Translations under genes and position numbers: made by a program
Shown here: positions 48,554 to 56,429 of the stretch, piece after piece
How positions within the stretch are numbered: position 1 is the first letter of the stretch
Layout of the letters: every line of letters starts with the position of its first letter
Assembly (NCBI GenBank): GCA_001897795.1
Contig: MKUL01000022.1
Span: 3,363-67,362 of the forward strand
From: Alphaproteobacteria bacterium 41-28
GTDB lineage: Bacteria > Pseudomonadota > Alphaproteobacteria > UBA9655
Direction of reading: 5' to 3'
Length of the DNA stretch: 64,000 bases
Notes under the pieces: generated by a model
Databases searched by the model: none
Seen by the model: the letters and a program-made list of their open reading frames with translations, nothing else
What the model was told of the DNA's origin: nothing

Positions 48554-48683
48554 AAACCCCTCACCCGCCACTTGCTTCGCGCGTGGCGACCTCTCCTACA
48601 AGGGGAGAGGTAACGCAGCAAGCACTTTATCACCTCTCCCCTTGTGGGAGAGGTCGCCGCGAAGCGGCGGGTGAGGGGGACTC
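48554..48683. repeat. 125-130-bp GC-rich compound palindromic element, copy A (MITE/REP-like)
   Basis: aaacccctcacccgccacttgcttcgcgcgtggcgacctctcctacaaggggagaggt - loop - acctctccccttgtgggagaggtcgccgcgaagcggcgggtgagggggactc. The arms are mutually complementary, and each arm holds its own sub-hairpin. Confidence 0.85.
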
Positions 48684-48742
48684 GCTTTGTCTTTTAGAAG
48701 ATGAAAGATATAGCTTGTGAAAACTGATTATAGATAACGATA

Positions 48743-49483
48743 ATGCATCTCTCCCTCTCTCCCCATACCCTTGTCGCGTGGCTTCAACAGCAACCAGCTG
48801 AGATGCTCACTTTGATTTTACTTATGAGTTGTGGTCTCATTATCCTTTTCATGATGCGTCTTTTTGGATCTGTTGGATTGATGGTGTATAGTTCTCTTGC
48901 AGTGGTTGTCGCTAACCTTCAGGTTCAAAAGGCTACGACATCTAAGTTTTTCGATGAACCAATTGCCCTGGGGACGGTCGTGTTTTCTTCGATTTTTATC
49001 GTCAGCAGCATTCTAACTGAATATTACGGGAAGGGCCAAGCGCGCAAAGCTGTATGGTTGAGCTTTTCGGGTATGATTGTGGTGTCCTTCCTTATGTTGC
49101 TCACCATTGGCTTCAAGCCAGCGGGTGGCTTTTATGAAGCCCATCAAGCCATGTGTGTCTTATTTTTTCCCGTCCCAGCATTGATTGTCGCAAGTCTGAT
49201 CGCTTACGCGGTTGGACAATTCAATGATATTTGGATTTTTGAGGCCCTCTCCCGTTTGACGGCTGGAAAGTTCTTATGGTTTAGATCCTTTGTGGCGACG
49301 CTGATAGGCGCTTTTTTAGATAATTTGATTTTTAGTGTCCTGGCATGGATGATTTTTGCGCCTCACCCCTTGCCATGGAAGACAGTCCTCTTTACCTATG
49401 TGCTAGGGACCTACATTTTGAGGGTATTGATTGCTCTCGTAAGCATCCCTTTTGTGTATTTAGCACGGCTCATGGTTAGATAA
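48743..49483 (+). CDS. yhhQ: YhhQ/DUF165 (VUT family) queuosine-precursor transporter
   Basis: Polytopic membrane protein with ALGTVVFSSIFIVSSILTEYYGKGQARKAV, close to the YhhQ pattern. It is coupled to tgt. Confidence 0.8.
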   Translation: MHLSLSPHTLVAWLQQQPAEMLTLILLMSCGLIILFMMRLFGSVGLMVYSSLAVVVANLQVQKATTSKFFDEPIALGTVVFSSIFIVSSILTEYYGKGQARKAVWLSFSGMIVVSFLMLLTIGFKPAGGFYEAHQAMCVLFFPVPALIVASLIAYAVGQFNDIWIFEALSRLTAGKFLWFRSFVATLIGAFLDNLIFSVLAWMIFAPHPLPWKTVLFTYVLGTYILRVLIALVSIPFVYLARLMVR

Positions 49484-50679
49484 TGGATTTTAAATTCGAT
49501 ATAACATTTCAGACGCTTGGTTCAAAAGCACGCCTTGGAAGGCTCTCCACACCCCATGGGGTTGTGGAAACTCCAGCCTTTATCTTTTGTGCAACAAGGG
49601 CAGCGATTAAAGGCGCAACGCCTCAACATATGCGCCAAGAAAACACCCAAATTATCCTTGCCAATACCTACCATCTTATGTTGCAGCCTGGGTCTGACCT
49701 TGTGGCACAGATGGGAGGACTGCATCGATTTATGGGGTGGGATGGTCCTATGTTGACCGACTCCGGTGGATTTCAAATCTTCAGCCTTGGTCATGGATCC
49801 ATTGCAGAAGAGGTGAAAGGACGGCGCCAGACTTTACGACCCAAGAGTCTTTTAAAAATTAATGAGGAGGGAGCAACCTTTAAATCCTACATTGATGGGA
49901 AGAAGCATGTCCTTACCCCTGAAAAGTCAATCCAAATTCAGCGTGGTTTGGGGGCGGACTTTATTGTTGTCCTTGATGAGTGTACGCCCTTCCACGTAGA
50001 TAAGTCCTATACAGAACGATCCATGCATATGAGCCACCGGTGGGCGGAGCGGAGTCTTAAAGAATTTCAAAAAGAACCCACCGATCTTCAAGCTCTTTAT
50101 GGCATCACTCAAGGAGGTGTTTATCCTGATTTGCGAAAAATAAGTGGAGATTTTATCAATAGCCTCCCTTTCTTTGGTCATGCGGTTGGCGGATCGCTGG
50201 GGGCCGATAAAGCGCAAATGGCGGAAGTTGTCGAAATGGCGATGGAGCCATTGGATCCTGTGCGTCCCGTTCATCTTCTGGGAATTGGGGGCATTAGCGA
50301 TATATTCTATGGTGTGCAGCAAGGCATCGATACCTTTGATTGTGTCCATCCCACGCGTCTGGCCCGCCATGGGGGTGCCTTAGTTCCTTTATCCGTGTGG
50401 GAGAGTATGGGCGAAGACCCACGAGGCAGAGAACATATGAACCTTCGCAACGCTCGTTTTCGTGATGATGCTCGTCCACTTGATGAAACCTGTGCGTGTC
50501 AGACGTGCCAAACGCTATCTCGTGGATATCTGCACCACCTGCTGAAAGCAGGGGAGCTCTTGGTGATGCAAGCTTTGACAGTCCACAATGTCCATTTTAT
50601 GAACCGTCTTCTTTTCCGTATTCGGAAGGCGATTTCTCAAGATTGCCTTCAAGAGGAAAAGAAGAAGTGGATTGCTTAA
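49483..50679 (+). CDS. tgt: tRNA-guanine transglycosylase
   Basis: LTDSGGFQ, VVLDECTP, GIDTFDCVHPTR, and the zinc site CACQTC...H. The ATG overlaps the yhhQ TAA stop (TAATG). Confidence 0.9.
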   Translation: MDFKFDITFQTLGSKARLGRLSTPHGVVETPAFIFCATRAAIKGATPQHMRQENTQIILANTYHLMLQPGSDLVAQMGGLHRFMGWDGPMLTDSGGFQIFSLGHGSIAEEVKGRRQTLRPKSLLKINEEGATFKSYIDGKKHVLTPEKSIQIQRGLGADFIVVLDECTPFHVDKSYTERSMHMSHRWAERSLKEFQKEPTDLQALYGITQGGVYPDLRKISGDFINSLPFFGHAVGGSLGADKAQMAEVVEMAMEPLDPVRPVHLLGIGGISDIFYGVQQGIDTFDCVHPTRLARHGGALVPLSVWESMGEDPRGREHMNLRNARFRDDARPLDETCACQTCQTLSRGYLHHLLKAGELLVMQALTVHNVHFMNRLLFRIRKAISQDCLQEEKKKWIA

Positions 50680-50741
50680 GAAATTTTTAACCTGTAAGTT
50701 AAAATAATATCAAAAAATGAAAGGGTAGGGAGGAAAGCCCA

Positions 50742-51038
50742 ATGAAAAAGATATACATCGCTCTAGCACTTCTTTTAATAATGACGGTTCAACCGGCGAG
50801 GGCGGAAGATCAGCCTCCCTCAAAATCTAAGTGTCAAGAATTGTTTGAAAGATGTAAAGAAGCTTCCAATAAACTAACCGTAAAAATGTCTAAAGAGTCA
50901 GCTCTTTGTAAAGAGTGTATGGAGAAATGCAATAGTGCAGTTCTGACGATTTGTGCAAATGCCGAACCTAAAGAAAAGGCAAAATATTTGGAGAGCTTTA
51001 ATGCACATTCTTTAAATTGTAAGCAGAAGTGCCAATAG
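50742..51038 (+). CDS. Small secreted cysteine-rich helical protein, unknown function
   Basis: GGGAGG RBS, signal peptide ...TVQPARA, and 8 Cys (for example the CKECMEKC pattern). Confidence 0.6.
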   Translation: MKKIYIALALLLIMTVQPARAEDQPPSKSKCQELFERCKEASNKLTVKMSKESALCKECMEKCNSAVLTICANAEPKEKAKYLESFNAHSLNCKQKCQ

Positions 51039-51140
51039 TATTTTCATAAAGTAAGCCAGAGACATCTTCCCCTGTGTCATGTATGGACAGGCTTTAGATA
51101 AGTTACTAGACTCATTTGTGAAAGTGACTAGTACAGTCTG

Positions 51141-51270
51141 GAGCCCCCTCACCCGCCACTTGCTTCGCGCGTGGCGACCTCTCCCACAAGGGGGAGAGGT
51201 AACGCAGTCAGCACTTAATGACCTCTCCCCTTGTGGGAGAGACCGCCGCGAAGCGGCGGGTGAGGGGTAC
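51141..51270. repeat. 125-130-bp GC-rich compound palindromic element, copy B, same orientation as copy A
   Basis: Near-identical to 48554-48683, including the asymmetric central loop (aacgcagtcagcacttaatg versus aacgcagcaagcactttatc). Confidence 0.85.
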
Positions 51271-51304
51271 AAAACTTAAGTAGAAAAATAATGGAAGTAA
51301 CCCA

Positions 51305-52345
51305 TTGTCTATTATTATAAAAAATTTAGAAAAGTCCTATGACGTCGTTGTTTTGAAAGGGATTAACCTTGAGGTTCCGCAAGGTCAAATCTTAGGTATT
51401 ATTGGAAAAAGTGGTGCGGGGAAAAGCACACTCTTGCGCTGTCTCAATGGATTAGAGGAACCTAGCGCCGGAAACATTATGATCAATGATCAACCCTTTA
51501 CGGGAATTCCTGACAAAGACCGGCGGCGTATTCAACAAAAAATCGGCAACGTTTTCCAGAGCTTTAACCTCTTAAGCCGTTTGACAGCTCTTGAAAACGT
51601 TATGTTTCCTTTGAAGCTTCTCAAACAAGATCCGCAAGCAAGCCGTAAAAAAGCTCTTAAAATGCTTCATCTTGTTGGCTTGAAAGGAAAAGAAAATGAT
51701 TACCCCAGTCAACTGAGTGGGGGGCAGTCTCAGCGTGTAGCTATTGCCCGTGCTCTCATCAGCGATGTTTCTTTTCTGCTGTGTGATGAGTTCACATCAG
51801 CGCTGGATATTGAAACGTCCCTGGAAATTTTAGAGTTATTGCGTGATTTAAATAAACGACTTGGAATTACGATTATATTGATCACCCATGACATGGCTAT
51901 CGTTCGTGAAATCTGTGACGAAGTTTGTGTTTTAGATAAAGGGCAAATCGTTGAAAAAAATGATATTACATCGATTCTGCTTTATCCTCAAAATGCAGTC
52001 ACAAAATCATTAATTCGCAACCTAATTAACAAAGATCTACCCCATCATTTACAAGAAAAATTGATGAAAAAACCAACCCCAAACTCAGCAGCCCTATTCC
52101 GATTGTTTTTTTCAAGTCAGACCGCGGGAGATCCTATCATTTCCTCTATCGTCAAAAAATATGATGTTCCCATTAATATTTTATTTGGCAATTTAGATCA
52201 CATACGTGAAACAGCTTTTGGATGTCTTATCATTGCGATTCCTTATGAAGTCTCAAAAATTGATGCTATCGTGAATGACCTTGCAATAAGAGACGTCTCA
52301 TCAGAAATCCTAGGATATCTGCCTCAAAAAGGATGTTTCACGTGA
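51305..52345 (+). CDS. metN: Methionine ABC transporter ATP-binding protein
   Basis: Walker A GKSGAGKST, signature LSGGQSQR, Walker B LLCDEFTSALD, and a C-terminal NIL-like domain. The start is a TTG. Confidence 0.9.
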   Translation: MSIIIKNLEKSYDVVVLKGINLEVPQGQILGIIGKSGAGKSTLLRCLNGLEEPSAGNIMINDQPFTGIPDKDRRRIQQKIGNVFQSFNLLSRLTALENVMFPLKLLKQDPQASRKKALKMLHLVGLKGKENDYPSQLSGGQSQRVAIARALISDVSFLLCDEFTSALDIETSLEILELLRDLNKRLGITIILITHDMAIVREICDEVCVLDKGQIVEKNDITSILLYPQNAVTKSLIRNLINKDLPHHLQEKLMKKPTPNSAALFRLFFSSQTAGDPIISSIVKKYDVPINILFGNLDHIRETAFGCLIIAIPYEVSKIDAIVNDLAIRDVSSEILGYLPQKGCFT

Positions 52346-52980
52346 AACAATTAGTTCTACTATCTCTGATAGAAACCTTTGAGATGGTCGGTGTATCTAT
52401 GGTTTTGGGAACGGCCATTGGTATCATATTGGCTACCCTTCTCGTCTTAACAAGACCATCAGGGTTGAGTCCAAAACCCTTCATTTACCAAACATTAGGA
52501 ATCATCTTAAACGCTTTTCGTTCGATTCCCTTTATCATCCTGATTATCCTCATGATTCCTTTTACACGATTTTGGGCGGGAACATCCATTGGTACTGCTG
52601 CGGCGACCCTCCCCCTCACCTTTGCTGCGAGTCTTCTCATCACACGTATCATAGAAGATGCCCTCAATACGACGCCAAAAGGATTGATAGAAGTTGGGAA
52701 AGCCTTAGGTGCCTCGAATTTACAGATTATTATGAAAATTCAATTCCGTGAAGCATTGCCCCTTATTGTTTCTGGCCTCACAACGATCTCAATCAACATT
52801 ATAGGTTTTTCGGCCATGGCTGGAACGGTTGGAGGAGGAGGGCTGGGAGACCTTGCCATTCGATACGGTTACCAACGATACGACTTTACCTTACTCATCA
52901 TCATCGTTATTATTCTTATAGCTATGGTCCAGTGCGTCCAAACGCTAGGCAATTTTCTCTCAGCGAGATTAAAAAAATAA
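52333..52980 (+). CDS. metI: Methionine ABC transporter permease
   Basis: Five-TM permease with an EAA-like loop (IEVGKALGAS). It overlaps metN. Confidence 0.9.
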   Translation: MFHVKQLVLLSLIETFEMVGVSMVLGTAIGIILATLLVLTRPSGLSPKPFIYQTLGIILNAFRSIPFIILIILMIPFTRFWAGTSIGTAAATLPLTFAASLLITRIIEDALNTTPKGLIEVGKALGASNLQIIMKIQFREALPLIVSGLTTISINIIGFSAMAGTVGGGGLGDLAIRYGYQRYDFTLLIIIVIILIAMVQCVQTLGNFLSARLKK

Positions 52981-52997
52981 AATGGAGTTTTTTGTAC

Positions 52998-53759
52998 ATG
53001 AAGTTATTAACGGCGCTCGCACTCTTTATTCTGTCCATAACACCCCTTGTTGCAGCACCGCTTAAGGTAGGCGTCACAGCCGGTCCCCATGCCATCATCA
53101 TGGAAAAAGTAAAGGAACTGGCTAAAAATCAAGGCATCGATATTCAAGTTATTGAATTTAATGATTTTATTTTACCAAATGTGGCCCTGAATGATAAGGA
53201 GTTGGATATCAATTCATACCAACATAAACCCTTTTTGGAGGAACAAATTAAAAGTCGTGGATATAAAATTAAAGCAGCGGGAAAAACCGTCTTAATGCCC
53301 TTGGGTATTTATAGCAAGACGATAAAGAAACTAGCAGACTTAAAAGACAAATCGAAAATTGCAATTCCCTCTGATCCAACCAATGGCGGTCGAGCTCTGA
53401 AGCTTCTGGAGAAGGTGGGATTGATTACATTGAAGCCTGTCGATAATCCGTCAATTTTAGATATTAAGAACAACCCTAAAAATCTAACACTCGTTGAGAT
53501 CGATGCACCTCAGTTACCCCGGACACTGGATGATGTTGATGCCGCTGTTATTAATACGGACTGGGTTCTTTTGGCAGGTCTTGATCCCAAAGCAGCCCTT
53601 GCAACTGAAGACAAAAACTCCCCTTATGCCAATGTCTTTGCAATTCGTGAAGACGAAAACAGGCCTGAGGTTGAAAAGCTGATTAAAATCTATCAGAGCG
53701 AACCCATAAAAACATTTATTCTCGAAAAATTTAAAGGGGCTATTCTCCCTGCTTGGTAA
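52998..53759 (+). CDS. metQ: Methionine-binding periplasmic protein (NlpA/MetQ family)
   Basis: MKLLTALALFILSITPLVAAPLKVGVTAGPHA... and the FNDFILPN/NSYQH pattern. The ATG at 52998 is preferred over the track start at 52932. Confidence 0.9.
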   Translation: MKLLTALALFILSITPLVAAPLKVGVTAGPHAIIMEKVKELAKNQGIDIQVIEFNDFILPNVALNDKELDINSYQHKPFLEEQIKSRGYKIKAAGKTVLMPLGIYSKTIKKLADLKDKSKIAIPSDPTNGGRALKLLEKVGLITLKPVDNPSILDIKNNPKNLTLVEIDAPQLPRTLDDVDAAVINTDWVLLAGLDPKAALATEDKNSPYANVFAIREDENRPEVEKLIKIYQSEPIKTFILEKFKGAILPAW

Positions 53760-53802
53760 GATGCGAAGGATACGCAAAGTCTTTTAGCCGCAATACCAAC
53801 TG

Positions 53803-53872
53803 GTGTCATCCGTGGCAAGAAATGCTAAAGTTTTCCTTTGGAAAACTAAACATTTCTTACCAAGGATGACAC
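53803..53872. repeat. 70-nt near-perfect extended hairpin downstream of metQ
   Basis: gtgtcatccgtggcaagaaatg ctaa agttttcc ttt ggaaaact aaa catttcttaccaaggatgacac. The outer stem is 22 bp with 2 mismatches and the inner stem is 8 bp. Confidence 0.8.
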
Positions 53873-53930
53873 ATCAGGGAGACAATTTCAATTTTGTTCA
53901 TGGAGCCTATAGTCTATTTAATAGCGCTCT

Positions 53931-53985
53931 AAATTTCTATTTCACATTCGTAAATCATTATGTTAAGAGATGCGACTCTATCGAT
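53931..53985 (+). promoter_or_regulatory. Conserved upstream module, copy 1 (TATTTCACATTCGTAAATCATTATGTTAAGAGATGCG)
   Basis: It lies ~89 nt upstream of the 54027 start. It contains TTCACA-N17-TAAGAG, a possible -35/-10 pair. Confidence 0.6.
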
Positions 53986-54026
53986 CGCCAACGGCGACGT
54001 TATTATTTATTTGGGAGTCTTTATGA

Positions 54027-55541
54027 ATGAAAATTATTTATTTATGTTTTTCAATAGTTACTTTACTTATATCTATACCATCTTATGCTATGGAGGAACC
54101 TGAGGAAGATGCCAAGACGAGACTTTCTCGTCATTGGAATGATCTTCGAGGCTCTCTTGAGGAACTCCGATCCTATCTTCCATCTTCAAGAGAAGAAGAG
54201 GTTGAAAATAACTCCGATCCGTTAAAAAGATGGAGAGAAAAGGACGTTGAAGAACTAAAAATTCGTAGATTTTATCCAGATAACCACATACCAATACAGT
54301 TTCGGGATAATAAGTATATTCTAAGGCTTTGCTGGGAAGCTTTAACAACAAAAGGACTTACTGAAACTCAGCGGGCTAATATTTGTATCAATTATGCAGT
54401 GGCTTCTTTAAAATTGGGTCGTGCTACTGATGCTATAGATTATTTTCAGAGGGCTTTAGACGAAAAGAATTCAGAATGTTGTTTTGTAATAGAGGGAAAT
54501 GATCGCCTTACAACTTTCTATTATACTGCTGAGGCATACAAAGATTTAGGGAAATACGACGAGGCGATTGAATTTTATGACCTTGCCTTGAGTGGGACTT
54601 CTCAACTAAATCGTTTTACATCAAAAAAAATTGCTAACCCCAATATCCTTTTTGGTTTGGCAGAAGCATTGAAGAAACGAGCATTAGAGGTTGGAAGTAT
54701 TGAAGCTTATAAAAAAGTCTTAGACCTTAAGGATAGAGGGGGGCGGGTTATGGTGGGCGGCCATGATCGGGTGAAGATTTACCTTCTTCTGGCAAATATA
54801 TTAACTGATGAAAATCTAAGTTGTGAAGCAGTCATTTATTATCATAAAGCCATAAATGCAAGAAATGAGAAAGGTTGTTTTCTTCTCGAAGGAGAAAAGC
54901 GAGAAGAAACCCTTTCCCGACTTATGAGTACGTTGACATCATCAGGCCAAGCAGGGTCTCATGAGGTCTATACGTTGGCAGGTAATACAAAAAATGAAAA
55001 AGGAGTATTTGCATACTCAGATTATGATCAAAAAAGGATTCTCAAAAAGAAGGTCGAGACGGAAAAAAGTCGGAAAAACCTATTTTGTATTCAAATGCCT
55101 GCCAACAGAAAACGTAAGCTACCCCTTTCATGCGATCAAGGCACTAAAAAAGATGAGAAAACCAAATCTATGGATAGTAGACCTGAGGAAAGTGCAGCTT
55201 ACTTAATCGATCGTATAAAAAACGCTTTAAAAGCTGCAGGTGATCTCAAGATTGCGCTAAGAAACTGCGATGAACTTCTAAAAAGGCAAAACTTAATGAG
55301 TGAAGAGGATTATGGTTCTGCATTAGAGCTGAAGTTGACCGTTTTACAAAAATTGGTGAAGGTATCTCAAGGAGAGGTAAAAAAGAAAATGCAGAAAGAA
55401 GCTGAGGAACTTGGTAATTTGTTAAGTGAACTTCAAGAGAGCCCAGAATCTTCTAGAATGGGGATTAACTTTTTACTTAGTGGTGAAAAGCCTCCTCTTA
55501 AAAAGTCAAGGCTTCAATCTGATGAAGCTTCAAATCCATAA
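54027..55541 (+). CDS. Secreted TPR-like protein, paralogue 1, with NLS-like clusters and a PPLKKSRL tail
   Basis: Signal peptide MKIIYLCFSIVTLLISIPSYA then MEEPEED. TPR-like units are present (AEAYKDLGKYDEAIEFYDLAL). Basic clusters are ANRKRKLP and the C-terminal EKPPLKKSRLQSD. Confidence 0.75.
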   Translation: MKIIYLCFSIVTLLISIPSYAMEEPEEDAKTRLSRHWNDLRGSLEELRSYLPSSREEEVENNSDPLKRWREKDVEELKIRRFYPDNHIPIQFRDNKYILRLCWEALTTKGLTETQRANICINYAVASLKLGRATDAIDYFQRALDEKNSECCFVIEGNDRLTTFYYTAEAYKDLGKYDEAIEFYDLALSGTSQLNRFTSKKIANPNILFGLAEALKKRALEVGSIEAYKKVLDLKDRGGRVMVGGHDRVKIYLLLANILTDENLSCEAVIYYHKAINARNEKGCFLLEGEKREETLSRLMSTLTSSGQAGSHEVYTLAGNTKNEKGVFAYSDYDQKRILKKKVETEKSRKNLFCIQMPANRKRKLPLSCDQGTKKDEKTKSMDSRPEESAAYLIDRIKNALKAAGDLKIALRNCDELLKRQNLMSEEDYGSALELKLTVLQKLVKVSQGEVKKKMQKEAEELGNLLSELQESPESSRMGINFLLSGEKPPLKKSRLQSDEASNP

Positions 55542-55610
55542 ATTGCTGTCTATCATTCGGTTTTTCAGCTCCCTATATGCGTGGAAATTGGCGCAATGTG
55601 TGAATTTGTT

Positions 55611-55665
55611 AATTTTTATTTCACATTTGCAAATCATTATGTTAAGAGGTGCGCTCAAATTAATT
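55611..55665 (+). promoter_or_regulatory. Conserved upstream module, copy 2 (TATTTCACATTTGCAAATCATTATGTTAAGAGGTGCG)
   Basis: It lies ~83 nt upstream of the 55700 start. Confidence 0.6.
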
Positions 55666-55699
55666 TAAGCGACTCTTTAACGATGGAGAAATTTATAGA

Positions 55700-56356
55700 A
55701 TGAATAAAGTTTTTTTTGGTGTTTTAGTGGTGATGTTTGTTTTTGCAAGCAAGTCTTATGCAATGGAAGAGAGGGAGGAGACAACCTTCACTCCCAGGAA
55801 TAGACAGATTCCTGAGCAAAGTCCTCTTATGATTCTGGCCCAATATGAACAAAATCATGGCCGTCCCGAAAAAGCTCTTTCCATTTATAATGGGCTCTTG
55901 GCGTTAAATGAGTTAACTCCTCCCAATCTACCCCGATTGGCACCTCAAGACGAAGCGAAACTACTTTATCAAAAGGGATTGGCTCTAAAAATATTGAAGA
56001 AATATGAAGATGCACTCGTTACCTTCAAAGCTGCAAAGAAACTAAACAATTCGAGCGGAAGCTCTGCCTTAGAAGGAAAAGACCGTGCCATGGTTCAGGT
56101 TGAGATTGGGAAAATCCATATAAATTTGGACAAGCCACGCAAAGCTCTAAAAGTCCTTAACATGGCTCTTACAATGAAAAATCCAAATCCAAAAAATGCA
56201 AATGCCTTGCAATACGACGATAGACAACACACCAAACAGATGCTTAAAAAGCTCTATCGTATAATAGACCTTCTTCCCTCACAGCAAAATGCTTTGCAGA
56301 ATCCCTCCAATCCAGGAGGAAAAGAGATAAACTATATTTTTATTTCACATACGTAA
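55700..56356 (+). CDS. Secreted TPR-like protein, paralogue 2 (short form)
   Basis: Signal peptide ...FVFASKSYA then MEEREE. TPR-like units are present (LLYQKGLALKILKKYEDALVTFKAAKKL). The 3' end runs into module copy 3. Confidence 0.7.
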   Translation: MNKVFFGVLVVMFVFASKSYAMEEREETTFTPRNRQIPEQSPLMILAQYEQNHGRPEKALSIYNGLLALNELTPPNLPRLAPQDEAKLLYQKGLALKILKKYEDALVTFKAAKKLNNSSGSSALEGKDRAMVQVEIGKIHINLDKPRKALKVLNMALTMKNPNPKNANALQYDDRQHTKQMLKKLYRIIDLLPSQQNALQNPSNPGGKEINYIFISHT

Positions 56357-56390
56357 ATCATTATGCTAAGAGGTGCAACCCTATTGCTCT
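56331..56390 (+). promoter_or_regulatory. Conserved upstream module, copy 3 (TATTTCACATACGTAAATCATTATGCTAAGAGGTGCA)
   Basis: It lies ~89 nt upstream of the ATG at 56430. Confidence 0.6.
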
Positions 56391-56429
56391 CCATAAGAGA
56401 GCCTTTTATTTCTCTTGGAGAATTTATGC

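Noticed and set aside
48684-48742. preQ1 riboswitch upstream of yhhQ
   Set aside because: The 59-nt leader shows no match to the preQ1-I/II core that I can recognise.
51012-51279. ORFs 51012..51272 (minus strand) and 51079..51279 (plus strand)
   Set aside because: They are translations of the 125-bp palindromic element (the PLTRHLLRAWRPLPQGGEVT type). The same peptide-like strings arise from copy A.
53803-54030. 75-aa ORF between metQ and TPR paralogue 1
   Set aside because: It starts at the first base of the 70-nt hairpin and runs through both the hairpin and the conserved promoter-like module. It has no RBS.
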